DNA of 64,000 nucleotides, from the NCBI GenBank assembly GCA_951406725.2, contig OX597833.1, positions 69,006,001-69,070,000 on the forward strand, given 5' to 3'. Of this stretch, positions 1 through 13,799 are shown piece by piece; the first letter of the stretch is position 1; the number at the start of each line of letters is the position of its first letter. The notes beneath the pieces were generated by a model that saw only the letters and a list, made by a program, of their open reading frames with translations, was not told the DNA's origin and made no database searches. The position numbers and the translations under genes were made by a program. This DNA comes from Octopus vulgaris. Its lineage: Eukaryota.

Positions 1-137
1 ACATATACATATATATACATATATATACATATACATATATATACATATACATATATATATATATATATAATATACATATATACATATACATATATATACA
101 TATACATATATATATATATACATATATATACATATAC

Positions 138-168
<31 letters not shown>

Positions 169-175
169 CATATAC

Positions 176-212
<37 letters not shown>
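1..212. repeat. (TA)n/(TACA)n microsatellite
   Basis: Direct reading of tandem di/tetranucleotides. Confidence 0.97.
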
Positions 213-214
<2 letters not shown>

Positions 215-402
215 AGGAGATGTGGAACACGAGTTGTGATATATAAAAAAAGGAAATGAAGAAAATGCTGACAAAATAATTTAAGTAAGAAAGAGTGTAT
301 TTAATTAGGTGAAGTTCTTTTTACCGGTTGCGCATTTGTTATGCTTATCAAAAGATATTTTGAGTGAGATAGAGTTCCTTCCTGATTGATTTTTTTCTCT
401 TA

Positions 403-433
<31 letters not shown>

Positions 434-1433
434 CTGTATATATATATATACATGTATATATATATATATACATGTATATATATATATATACATGTATATA
501 CGTGTGAACACATACATGTACACGCGTAATGTTTCCAGGGTTATTAGTACACACTCATACTCGTATACTAAATCACCTATGGAAAATGTTGCTATTTCCA
601 ATACTTACTCTCTCTCAAGTACAATATATAAATGTATAATCACACAAAGTATGGGGGGTTTAGTTCACAGGTGATCTAAACAAATAGGTACACTAGGTAA
701 GTGATGTAACGGATTATTAGGGCCCCAAGGTTATAGCCGAGACGGGAGTTATGGAGCCATTCTAGATTTCCGTTTTAAAGCGGACAACAAACATTTAGGA
801 AAGGCAAACAGCTCAGGTTGTATACAATATTATTATTGGAAATATAAAAATGCATCAAACACCAACGCCGTATTAATTTGTGAATTATTATTTATTTCAA
901 GAAAATATGCTCTTCATGAAAAGAAATCGCTCGGAAATGCGAAAATCAAATTTTCTGAGACTCAATAATTCTTTAAAAATTTTTGACTTATGAATAAAAA
1001 ATCTGCCTGACTGACTGGAATCAAGAGGGCAGTCGTGATGATGTATTTCTGACCCAATGGGAGTCATTTACATAACCATAGCTCTACTTTGATTTCCGTT
1101 GAGTACATACTTAGACAAATAGAAATACAGTAGAAAAATGAATATAGTCAAGAGGAATTTTTATATAAATGAATGCAGAAACGCGTATTCATTATGAACC
1201 TCATATCTCAAGACAATCAGAATCTCAATTCATATTTGGCGTACAAATTTTGTTGAATTTTCTTCGACATCCGAGATAAAATATTCTCCTGACATGGTGT
1301 CAGTTGCCTCCAGCTGTACTTGTTTTTGTTTCTTTCTAAAACAGAATTTAATTTCAATAATTCATTTGCAAGGTATTTGTTTGGATTATATTCGACATAA
1401 ATGATGTTTTTAGATGCCAAAACTATGCAAGAT

Positions 1434-1435
1434 TA

Positions 1436-1490
<55 letters not shown>

Positions 1491-1527
1491 GTACATATGT
1501 GTGTATATATACATGTGTATATTTATT

Positions 1528-1559
<32 letters not shown>

Positions 1560-1606
1560 TATATGTACATATGTGTGTATATATATATATTTATATATAT
1601 ATATAT

Positions 1607-1667
<61 letters not shown>

Positions 1668-2006
1668 GTATTATATATATATATATGTATGTATATATAT
1701 ATATATATGTATGTATATATATATATATGTATGTATATATATATATATATATGTGCATATGTGTATATATACATGTATATATATATATATAAATATATGT
1801 GCATATGTGTATATATACATGTGTATATATATATATATAAATATATGTGCATATGTGTATATATACATGTGTATATATATATATAAATATATGTGCATAT
1901 GTGTATATTTACATGTGCATGTATATATATAAATATATGTGCATATGTGTATATATACATGTGCATGTATATATATATAAATATATGTGCATATGTGTAT
2001 ATATAC

Positions 2007-2037
<31 letters not shown>

Positions 2038-2069
2038 AATATCTGCGCATATGTGTATATATACATGTG

Positions 2070-2106
<37 letters not shown>
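1434..2106. repeat. (TA)n/(TATG)n tract grading into a ~45-bp minisatellite
   Basis: About 7 units of aaatatatgtgcatatgtgtatatatacatgtg(ta)n at ~1750-2075. Confidence 0.95.
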
Positions 2107-2109
<3 letters not shown>

Positions 2110-2206
2110 TATCAGTCGACGGTTTGTATTTTTAAGTTGTATTTCAATATTAAGGGTTAAGAGCCATTCTTGAGTAAATATTTGGAGGTTAGAACAACAT
2201 TTCTCC

Positions 2207-2255
2207 AAATCTCTCTGAAGAAGGGTTCCTGACCCCGAAACATTGTTAAAAGTAA
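2207..2255 (+). ncRNA. Hammerhead-like motif (degenerate)
   Basis: CTGAAGA(2215)-AGGG-ttcctga-CCCC-GAAA-CATTG-TT; stem I poor. Confidence 0.45.
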
Positions 2256-2659
2256 AAACCATTGACTTGTAGTATTTCTTAAGATTTTTATAGTTTTCGC
2301 GTGAGAAAATCAAAATATATTTTTATATAAAACAATGCACTATTCAAGTCAAATGTGTGTGTGTGTGTGTGTATATGCATATAATTACGCACATTATGCA
2401 TGCATATTTATGTTGCAATGGCGAAATCTCAAAAGAGCGTAACGTTAGTGAATATATTTCTTTAAAATATCGTGGTGGTTCCTGGGTTTAGAAATGTTTA
2501 GATAAAAAAAAATATGAAAATTGGGTGAATGTGCCAGAAAATTATTTCCATGGGTCACTCTCGCAAAGAAAGCTGGTAGGCTTTGACGTCTCGAATTCCC
2601 GACAGTTTTTGAGGCGATATGTAAATGAACTTTACATGCATAATTCATAATTATACACA

Positions 2660-2760
2660 CCTAAAACATTTTCTCACCTTCCTGAGCGTCAAATTAATAC
2701 ACCTCCTTGTTGTTTATACACCTGCCTTCATCTTTTGTTTTTCAGTAAATTTCAACTATA
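2660..2760 (+). mobile_element. Family H (hammerhead-bearing repeat), 3' fragment
   Basis: ttcctgagcgtcaaattaatacac...acacctgccttcatcttttg matches the 3' part of the copy at 39165-39352. Confidence 0.6.
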
Positions 2761-2831
2761 CATAAATGCTTTATGTATATATATATATGTGTGTATATTT
2801 ATATATATAATAATATATTTATTTATATATA

Positions 2832-2880
<49 letters not shown>

Positions 2881-3481
2881 ATGTATTTATATATATATGT
2901 GTGTGTGTGTATGTATTTATATATATATATATGTGTGTGTATATATATATATATGATGTTTTTTTTTTGGGGGGGGGGGAAATACACGCACGCACTATAT
3001 ATCCGTTCTTCCCTCGCTTATTACAGTTCTTATTTCATCTCATATCCATTGTCTGGACATACTGCATATGTTTATTTGGAAAAGGGAAAGAAAATGAAAT
3101 GTCCATCCCGAAATGATATCCGTTTCAACACACGGTTTCACACCAGGAAACTGCAACAGAAATTCATGCACGAATACACATACACCCATTAACAAATATA
3201 TCCACATGCAGGGCTATGCAAACATGTGCAAATTTGTATATACTACTGTGTATTATTTGTAAGGTGTGTATCTGTATTTTTAGGTTTGGCCGCTGCCCCA
3301 TCACTAACAAAGGTCGTTGGCTTGTTTACGTATTTCTAAAATAGCAGCTCGGTCAAAGAGAATATATACCTAAATTTAAACAAAAATATGTAATAGGATC
3401 AATTCTTTCAACTAAATCCTCCATTGTGGTCCCACACCTTAGTTGCAGTCTAATGACTAAAACAAGCCACAACTAAGATAT

Positions 3482-3749
3482 AATAAAAGAAATAAATAAA
3501 TGCGTCCTTTTAAAGCCTAGCCAGGCTCATGGGCCCGGTTTCCCGGTTTCTATGGCGTATGTGTTACCCAGCTGGACAGGACGCCAGTCCATCACAGCGT
3601 TACTCATTTTTGCCAGCTGAGTGAACTGGAGCAACGTGAAATGAAGTGTTTTGCTCAAGATCACAACGCGTCGCCCGATCCAGGAATCGAAAGCACAATC
3701 TTAGGATCACGATGCTGACACCCTAACCACTAAGCCACGCGCCTCCACT
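3482..3749 (-). mobile_element. tRNA-derived SINE family C, full length
   Basis: Minus strand GTGGAGGCGCGTGGCTTAGTGG (A box), TTCGATTCC (B box), CORE-like cttgagcaaaacactt; 12-bp TSD caactaagatat (3470-3481/3750-3761). Confidence 0.92.
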
Positions 3750-3811
3750 CAACTAAGATATGCACACGAACAAATACAGATAGAATACACTTGTAATACA
3801 TCTTTCAAATT

Positions 3812-5102
3812 AATAGAATCGGAAACTATAACTCTGAAAAACGAAGTACGTAACCAAACAGCCATGGCCTATTTCTATGTCATTAATCAAGTAATTCATC
3901 AATTACTGATTATTAATTTTTGTAATAACTCGATCCTCAGAGGGCTATGAGAGCTATAGTATTCACCAGACGGTCTATCTGAAGAAAATCATTTTGCTGC
4001 TGTAATTTCACAGAAATGACTATTTGTTGTATTGTATTGTATTGATCTAACGCATGCGTGGTATGCTGTGACGAAGCACAATAATCTGCAAGATCATGAG
4101 ATTGTTGCAGAGAATACAATAGAAACATGTCAATCGAACATGAATGCGATATCGAGACAAAGGCATCTGGCTGGGGTTTTTCTAATAATGGAAAGCCTCG
4201 ATTCCCTAGACAAAAGTTCCGTTCATTTTTGTGTAGTGGTAAGAAAGACGATTGCAAATCCAGAGATAGTACAATATAGCTAAATCGATCAGGTGAGCGT
4301 TCGATATCGCTACTAGATGCAGAACGGCAGCAGTTGAGGAAAGATAACACTGAAACACGTTGATTTCATCCTCCTTATGCGGCTCTCTGATTATCCATGG
4401 ATTATGCGCTTTTGTATAAAAGGGGATTATGCGTTTTTGTATACAAAGGGATTATGCGCTTTTGTATACAAGGGGATTATGCGTTTTTGTATACAAGTTA
4501 AATTACAGCGTCATGTTGCCTATTTCCCGAAAGAAATTACTGGGTTTCATGCAGTTTGCAGTTGACTACAATGGTTAAAGCAAACGTCCAGTATAGGCAG
4601 AGTCGAACTGAAAGAAGTAAAGTGCTTTTGTTTTAAATGCCTTAGTAAGAGGAAAACGGTCAAAAAAGAAGTGAGAAATTACTCGTCATACCACTGATCT
4701 CGGCAGAAAGCAAGGAAAAGAATAAAAAAAACGCAGAACTTAAATGAAGAGTGCCACAAAGCGCCAAACAATTCACCCACGCACAAACAGGAACGTATGT
4801 GACTCCAAGCAATTTCTGTCTACGGAAACACCTACGCAGAGAACTAACGTAGCCAATACTGCTGTAATAGATATTTACTGTCGGTGGTGAGTAGAAAAAT
4901 AGAATCGGAAACTATAACTCTGAAAAACGAAGTACGTAACCAAACAGCCATGGCCTATTTCTATGTCATTAATCATAAGCGCTTCTATTCATCAATTACT
5001 GATTATTATTTTTTAATAACGTTCCGTCTACTCCGTCTTTTGGCGAAAGACGGTTTCTGAATAATCATTTTGCTGCTGTAATTTAAAAGAAATGACTATT
5101 TG
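3812..5102. repeat. ~210-bp direct repeat pair (3812-4026, 4898-5102) enclosing a 25-26-bp x4 minisatellite (4399-4497)
   Basis: First 78 bp identical; later block atcattttgctgctgtaattt..agaaatgactatttg shared; unit ggattatgcgyttttgtatacaa. Confidence 0.85.
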
Positions 5103-5672
5103 CGATTTTGGAAAATCTGTTTCTTTCAATGTATTCATTTCAAATAAGAAAATCGCCATTATTGATTAGAGAGGCGAAAGAAAAAAACAAATGTTTAAAT
5201 CATTATGCAAACTCTTAATGGGTATCGGGTTAAACATTGAATCAACGGCAAATCACGAATTTAATTATATATTTCCAATATTAAAGATTATAGAAATATC
5301 AGATGTCAACACAATCAAATGCATTGCAAGCCCAGTGGAATAGAATGCACAATATCTAAATCCCTAGAAAACGAATGAAAAATTGATCCACAATAGAGCA
5401 TTGGCGATCAAAGGGTTTGGATAATTTCACATGTATCAAACAATCTTGCAATGTTTTTGTTGGTGATGATGATGTTTACCGCCAGATAAACACTTTCGTA
5501 GTTGACCACCATCAAAAGCTCTCCAACCACCAAAACACAATATCTTTCTTTATGTAATATTGGTTTCTAAAATTAATAGACAGGCACTTGTGCAAATAGT
5601 AAGAAAGAAGTATATCGACAAAGCTGTATTCGGAGAGATTTGAAATTTGATGGTGCAGAGCAGGTACAAATA

Positions 5673-5877
5673 ATCCTTTCCGCTATAGGCACAAGGCTTG
5701 AAAGCTTAGGGAAGGAGGCTAGTCGACTTCATCGACGCAAGCACTTGACTCTTATTTTATTGCCCCCGGAAAGATAAAAAGTTAACTGCGGCTGAATTTT
5801 AAATCAGAACGTAAAGTTGGCCGAAATTCTGCTAAGTATTGTGTCCGGCGTGCTAGCTATTCAACCAACTCGGCGCC
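5673..5877 (-). mobile_element. SINE family A, degenerate
   Basis: Similar to reverse complement of 53953-54185 and 25805-26005. Confidence 0.7.
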
Positions 5878-6192
5878 GGTAGTTCATGGTGACAATCCTA
5901 TTTCAAGCTCTAAGCATTCTTCCTATCCATCAAACATAATTTATAATTTAGGCACAAGGACAAACATGATTAGCAAGGGGTATATGTCGATTAAATTGAC
6001 CTAAAGTACTTAACTTGAACGTGTTTATTGACCTTAGGATTGTTAACCCAAACTGTTGAGCTCAAGGTATAATTCACCTAAGCTCTACTTAATCTCAGAG
6101 CAAAAACAGTCAGGAAGACTAATGCAAACAACTTTGCCCGACGGTTATACATATCTCACAACTCATTGTCCTGTTCTCTATTTGATTATATT

Positions 6193-6243
<51 letters not shown>

Positions 6244-6482
6244 TAGAGGGTAAACGTTTTTATTTCTCTTTCCATTTCAGAATTACAACTATTAGTGGTT
6301 TGGAGTTTAACTGCTCTTTCTAGTGAGTCGAATGTCCTATTATGGCCATTCCTTATATTGTTGAATGTATATTATATAGTCTATTGACTATTTTTTTCTT
6401 CCTCACTTGACCGCTGGTAGCGGAGAATTTTTCTAGAATTTTTTGCTACCCTAAAATTAATTATATATATATATATATATAT

Positions 6483-6630
6483 CATTCTCCATTTTCTCTC
6501 TTATTCCTTTCTGTCAATGAGCGTGGGCTCGAAACGTAAAAGACTTTTCCATTTTACCTGAACGTTAAATTAATACACATTGTTGTTCGTACACTTGTAT
6601 ACGTCTTTTGTGTTTCTTTAAATTTGAACT
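6483..6630 (+). mobile_element. Family H hammerhead-bearing short repeat between (TA)n tracts
   Basis: cttt-CTGTCAA-TGAG-cgtggg-CTC-GAAA-CG-TA-aaag; homologous to 15797, 27486, 27632, 39165. Confidence 0.75.
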
Positions 6631-6696
6631 ATATATATATACACATACACATATATATATATATATATACACACACATATATATATACACATACAC

Positions 6697-6727
<31 letters not shown>

Positions 6728-6992
6728 TATATATATACACATACACATATATATATATATATATACACACACACTATATAACACACACACACACACACAC
6801 ACTTTCTGTATATAAAACTTAGTACAGTGTTCCAAAATTCACATATGTTGTAGAAATACATATTGAATTTTGCAAAGTGATTCTTTCAAAAATTAAAATT
6901 GTTTATATTATTTTTATTTACACAATGAAATAGATGTATTGAAATTTCATAATATACAGTACACACACACAAATATACACACACACACACAC

Positions 6993-7044
<52 letters not shown>

Positions 7045-7433
7045 CATACACATAAACATATATATATGTATACATAAACACACACACACACATATATATA
7101 TGTATACATAAACACACACACACACATATATATGTATACATAAACACACACACACATATACATACACATAAACATATATATATACATACATAAACATATA
7201 TAAATATACATAAACATATATATATACACACATATATATATATACACACACACACACATATATATATACACACACACACACATATATATACACACACACA
7301 CATATATATATACACACACACACATATATATACACACACACACACATATATATACACACACACACACATATATATACACACACACACACATATATACACA
7401 CACATATATATACACACACACACATATATATAT

Positions 7434-7467
<34 letters not shown>

Positions 7468-7468
7468 G
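6630..7468. repeat. Compound (AC)n(AT)n microsatellite arrays
   Basis: Direct reading; short unique spacer at ~6805-6955. Confidence 0.95.
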
Positions 7469-8590
7469 CAGTTGAACACATATGCATAAACATACGTATT
7501 TTTATAACATATGCATAAACACTTTACTATATATACATATATATATATATTAGTTGTAGATAGATATGCATAAACATACGTGTTTTTATAATAGTGTACA
7601 TAAACAATTTGCCTGTATATATATATATATATAATAGCAAGCACCTATTTCGGGGTCCAATTTATTGAATATTGTTTTGTTGATTAAGTCTCTCTATATA
7701 GCTGCATATCTTGGAAAGTTTACTCTATTGTGCTTCCCCTTTCACCTCCTTCCAAAGTTTTTCCCCTTATTCTTATCTCTTCCTCCTTGTTTTCCTTCGT
7801 TTGTAAAACCCAATTCTGAAATAAACATTGAATCCTAAAAAACAAAAATTTTTGTTAATGTTTTGATGTATTCATTGAAATATTTCATTGCTATTGGTGT
7901 ATGATTTATAGCTGTTCTTTTCTCAATGGTATTTCGCGTATTCAGTTATCGTAAATTTGAAAATATAAGAAATATTAAAAAAGTTTAGAATAAAAATTCC
8001 CCAGTTGACTAAAGGGGAAGAGACAAATCCACAAAACAAAATCTTAGAAAGTTATAGAAATGTTTTATAAAATTTTACGATTTATATAGTTCTCGAAATA
8101 TATTACCTAAATTAGACGGAATAAAATGGAAGCTATTACAGCAATATAACATATACTGAAAGTTATATATTTCCAAGAAAAGTATATTTTTATAAAAATA
8201 ATATATAAATGTGAATATGCTTTGTTAAGCAGAAATTCTGCTCAAAGCAAACTATTTTCGAAAATGCAAAGGAAACATGTTTTTGTATATATTTGGTTTT
8301 CTATTTCTCAAGTATAGTATTTGTAACGCATTCACCTTGAAACGAGTGAAATTGTTAAAGTTATTTGACTATTCTGTTATTCTAGTGTAGTGTTTTATTT
8401 CGTCTTAGATTGTTGAACGTATTCAGTAAGTAAAAATTTCTATAAAATATTCACTTATTAATTCATTTCAAAATAGAAACTTCTTTTCCTTCTTGATATT
8501 TCTTTCAGAAAGAAAAATATATTTTTGAGAATATAACAAAATATTGATTAATTCTAACACTTTCTCATAAAGCTGACCATAAAACCGTAC

Positions 8591-8647
<57 letters not shown>

Positions 8648-10658
8648 CCTGTTATATAGTTAATTATTCATATATGTTATATACAGATATATGACTTCTA
8701 TACAACCGATTTATATAATAGAGACTACAGTGTTGGTACATGTGTGTTCAAGCCGCGCTAGAAAGAATACAAATGGAAAATGTTTGTGGACAAGTTTGGT
8801 TTTAAAGAATTATTTATTGAGAGCACTATAAAAGGATTTAAGAAATATTTCAGCTCATTTCATTTCTCATTTTTATTTTTTTAAATGTTTAATCTGAAAT
8901 GCATCTGAACTATAGGTCATCTGAAACACTATGAGAATGTTATAATCCTTGTCCTCGATTCCCACCTTGGATATTTGAAAACAGTTCGAAGATAGTGGAT
9001 TGGTTCATCGGAACACTGAAAACGTTAGCTCTTCACATATTTAATCTTCTTTGGAGAAAATAATGAAGACGCTAAGACACATGGTGATATCAGCTTACAT
9101 ATATATTTAGAAGAATTCGTATTAATACGAATATAATTTTTGCGAGTTTTACGTGATGGGTAATTATACGTATGTGAGGATCTTAATCAGTAAATTGCTT
9201 ACCACTCTTAGTTTTGAAACAAAAGTTCCAGGATCAAATTTAATATGGCCGTATGTTAAAACTAGACATAAGATGTTATTAGACAAACTTCATGTCGATT
9301 GGAATGTATTGTAGATTTAACTAGATTTTGTTGCTACGAACGTGTCTAGCTATAAGAAAATTCTTAATCATAACGAATACTTCGTCACAAACGGTAGCAA
9401 GTTGTGGTCAAGTGCGTGACACTCATATTTCACTGAAAAGTATCTTCTGTGAATATTTCAGCCAAACCTAATGCTACAGTTTAGCTAAACAATCGATAAC
9501 CTTCCTACGCTTACTATATTTCTCCAGAAAAAGTTGTCACTGCAAAGTCGTAGGAATCACTTGCCTCTGGTGCGTTAGGTTTCTGCATTTTATCAGCATT
9601 TGAAGTATCTTATCAGTTTTAGTTTATGATTAGTTTATGATGCAATTTGTGTTTCGTTTCATGAAAAGATCTGGTACATCTTCCTCTATTTAACAGTTGT
9701 CGGGCAAGAATCGAACACATTACAACGACCGAACAGGCTGGCACAGACAGACAGACAGACAGACAGACAGCGCTATTTGCGACATCTGTGTCTGAATGGT
9801 CAGTGAAATTCCACATAAGATTGGCACTGAGATTTTGCTGTATGTGTCTACCTGAGATTTTGCCACTACAGAGAAGGGGAGAAGTCGAAATCAAGAGTAA
9901 AGGCAGTTCGGCCCTCCACCCACGCACAGGAGGCAACACTCGTCTTCCATATATACAAATTTGCTAGCTGTTATGGACCATACGGCTACACGAAACCTCT
10001 TCTCAAGGTAACTAATGCATTACTTGGCACTAACAATACATCTGTTGTTAAGTTGGATATAAATCTTACTTGTTGGCATTAACACTGTTTCTTTCACTGA
10101 TATAAACATTATGAGAATGGTAAACGGCTTGTCCTTGATTCCCACCTTGGATATTTGAAAACAGTCCTAAGATTTCCATTTCTGACACTACTCCATAGTT
10201 CATGCATACTTTTGATCGTCATTGACCAACCACAGATATTTCCTCATCGACCTCCCTCCAGATTAACTATTTTCAAATACCAATCCCCTTGCTAATTCCT
10301 ATGATTCGGCCAATATAACCCCATTGAAAACTACCAGTCAAATGAACTTCCTTAAATTCCTCATCCTTCTCACACCCTTATGATTTTAGTCTTTTTAAAA
10401 TTTTTTATCCCTAATTTCTCCCTATATTTATATTCTCCACTCTTACCGTTCTCTCGAAACATTGATTGATTCTGCCATGTGTCAACAAGTACCTCCTAAC
10501 AACACTGTCAACTTTCATTCAATCAAGAATACCATTCGCCTGACGTAAATTCCTGCAGTATACACCCCGCTTTGATTTTTACAACATCCGACGTTCCGTT
10601 CGCTATAAAACATGTAACACGGATCTTATCTATTCCATTCCTTAACTCTTGCATGTGC

Positions 10659-10701
<43 letters not shown>

Positions 10702-10705
<4 letters not shown>

Positions 10706-10923
10706 TAAAAACGGTAAGATAACAAAAGAAAGAAAGAGGCCTCAATATTATGTAAATAGAAGAATATATCTGTTAATGTGATATGTGACAATTATATGGT
10801 AGCCAAGATAAAACTCTGAGTTTCAGATGCTGAGGTGGAAATCCACGCCACCATCTCGGATAACTGAGGAGATGGTGGCGTGGATTTCCACCTCGGCTTC
10901 CATATAATTGTCACATATCACAT
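10702..10923. mobile_element. Penelope-like terminal remnant with inverted duplication and split hammerhead
   Basis: Inverted arms 10776-10857 / ~10869-10923; flanked by (TA)n; CTGAGGA at 10864. Confidence 0.65.
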
Positions 10924-10940
10924 ATATATATATGTATATA

Positions 10941-11002
<62 letters not shown>

Positions 11003-11699
11003 AGATAGAGTGAGATACCTGTTGTAAAATAAGCATTAATTTTACATTTTTATTATACTGATTGTTTTATACAATAGTTGAATGCGTATGGATTTTTCCC
11101 CTTTCTGAAATTACAAGTTTGCCTCGTGATCCGTACTCTCTTGGTCTCTCTTTATCTACTTATCTTCTTTTAAGTTTATTGCAACATTATTTTGAGATGG
11201 AATAATTATTTTCGAAGAGGTCAAAATTTACATTAAATGATACCTTTCTTCTGAACCTAAAGAACTTTACTCCCAACTAATCAAAAATATAAAACGTCGA
11301 TGGGAAAAAAAATCTCTTTTTGCTTAGATATCTGAATTAAGACCTAAGAAATATCTGTTTCCCATCCTGAAATCCCACAGAGCTAATGCGATTATTTTAA
11401 GTCTAAACTGAAGCAATAACAATGGTCGTAGTTAAGTCATTACTAAACATTGCGGTCGTTTGTGGATATCTATGAAGAAATTTTCTCACCTTCCTAACGT
11501 TTTAACTAAAACTATTACACATGCGCCCTCCTTCACTCACGAAAAATTCAGTTCTCATTGTATTGCACACGGTCATGAACAATTTAATTACCATTTATAT
11601 TTTTATACTTCAATATAGGATAGTGGAATTTCACCTTTCAATTTTTTTAGTAATCATAAACCCTCCAGCAATAATTATATATTTTTTCTTCCTCATCGT

Positions 11700-12105
11700 C
11701 TTGCATTGTAATGTCGAAGCATTTTTCCAAGCGTCTATCCAGTAGCTCCGATTTGCCATATAGCAATATATTCTTCACGGAACATTCATTTGCTGAGATT
11801 CCGGTCTCCTATAACTGTGTTCGTTTTTAAATTTTTTTCTGACAGTTTTCCCAGTGTTGAGTTAAAATGTGTGTCCAATTCTGTCACGTTCTCGTCTGGG
11901 ATTTTCAACGCATGCTGCGAATGTTACTAAAAACACATTTTAATTCTAGCTGTAGCGGCTTTTATTTTATTTTCGACAAGTAAGTTCCAATTGTAATTCT
12001 CAAGCATTCTGATGTACCAATTTGATTTTACTTCTCTACGTCTGCAACTCTGAATTTATCCATCTAGTTCCTTGTTGCATGCCGTGTAGATGTCTTCTCA
12101 CGTTC
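11700..12105 (-). pseudogene. Possible decayed LINE endonuclease fragment
   Basis: Stop-riddled frame ...HFNSTLGKLSEKNLKTNTVIGDRN resembles the APE 'GDFN' motif; weak. Confidence 0.25.
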
Positions 12106-12124
12106 TTTCTATAAATATATATTC

Positions 12125-12473
12125 ATACAAGCACACATACATACATTAATGAAAATATACACATATGTATATAGACATATACATACATATATACACACAT
12201 ATATACATACATATATACACACATATATACATACATATATACACATACATATGTACATATATATGTACATACATATACACACACATATATACATACATAT
12301 ATACACATACATATGTACATACATATACACACATATACAACACATACACAACACATACACACACATACACAACACATACACACACATATACAACACATAC
12401 ACACACACATACACACACATATACATACATCTATATACATACATATATATATACATACGCACATATATATGTA
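12125..12473. repeat. (AC/AT)n compound microsatellite
   Basis: Direct reading. Confidence 0.95.
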
Positions 12474-12784
12474 TAGAAATCGCCTATCTTGCTTGGCAAT
12501 AACTCAGATACCCAAAGATACCTTCTAGTTCGATCACCTATCCATGAGTAGAATGTTTGCAAATATTGAACAAAATATATTCCAGCTAATTGCTGAAGGA
12601 GATCAACTATCTATCAACGGAAGTTGGCCACTTTGTTGATAACTGGGTAACATTTACAAGTTAACAGATGATGAATAGCGAGGGCTAATTCACTTCAAGA
12701 AGATTCAACTTCTATGGCTCTCCCCATTTTTCTAAATCACGTGACTTCTATCTGCCGTTAATTTCTCTACCATTTTCTAGTTCA

Positions 12785-13159
12785 TCTCTCTCTATATAAA
12801 CGAGAGTTTGTCTGTGCGTGTTTCTGTGTGTCTGTTTGCTTGTACCCTCACCCTGACCACGGCTTTCAACCGATTCTGATGAAACTTGACACACACATAG
12901 CCCAATGTCATAATTCAAAACTAACGCAGCGAAAATTTTGAAAAGTTCCCCCAGTTCTGAAAAAAATCGATAAATTCGACATGGGGTCGAGAATCAGAAA
13001 CACAAACCAAAAACTGTCTAGGGGACGCAACTCCAATTTTTTTTAACTCTCAAAAAAAATTTACCATCATTTTTTTCCTATTTTTTGGCTATAACTCTCT
13101 AAAACTGTTTTATAGTTATTTCCCTTACAAACTTGAGCAACGCCGGGCGATACTGCTAG
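12785..13159 (+). mobile_element. Non-autonomous Helitron (375 bp)
   Basis: A|TC 5' end, subterminal hairpin (c/t)tgagcaacgccggg, CTAG|T 3' end, no TSD. Confidence 0.85.
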
Positions 13160-13799
13160 TTCTTCTCTATTTCCCCTTAACTCTTTTATTCTGTAACTAG
13201 TTGTCTCCCTACAGTTTTCATAATAATGGACAGAACCGAACGTTTGCCTATACATAATTCATTAGCTTTCGCTGAATTCAGCTTTTTCTTATTTAATAAA
13301 GAATATCCAAAACAGACGTACAGATTGAAACAATTCCACATATACTCAATATACTTACGTACGTTTATACATATGTAAAATCTAAGTGTATATGTATGCA
13401 TATGTAGTATTTAATACATACGCAAACATAATCCAAACAAACGTGATTAAATAGTCATCAACTGTTAAAGACACACTGCAAGGCATATTATTAAAGCAGT
13501 AATATCTTTCCAATAACAAATTTTGATTAGTTTTCATTTTTTTTTTTTTTTTTTGCATTGTTGGTTTTCTCTAAAATCTAAATTGTGCAGGTGTTAGTCT
13601 ATTCTTAAATATTCTCTTAATCATTTATACGGAAAAGAATAATTACTAATAAATGCTACTAGAAATTAATATTCAAACAAATAATGCTTTAGGAATACAG
13701 AAGAGTTCGAATACGAAATCTTGTTTCCAACTCATTGACAATCCTAAATGTTATTAACCAGTCATTCTGCCTCAGCAACCATCCCTGTTTTATAAGAGA

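Noticed and set aside
1217-1420. 67-aa ORF MASKNIIY...
   Set aside because: No recognisable motif or splice context; possibly TE debris but unsupported.
4399-4497. CRISPR-like short repeat array
   Set aside because: Head-to-tail units without unique spacers, eukaryotic context, no cas genes.
9619-9939. 106-aa minus ORF with upstream TATA-like sequence
   Set aside because: Non-ATG start, includes a (GACA)n microsatellite, no recognisable domain.
12876-12895. CTGATGA inside the Helitron
   Set aside because: No stem II or downstream GAAA/UH arrangement.
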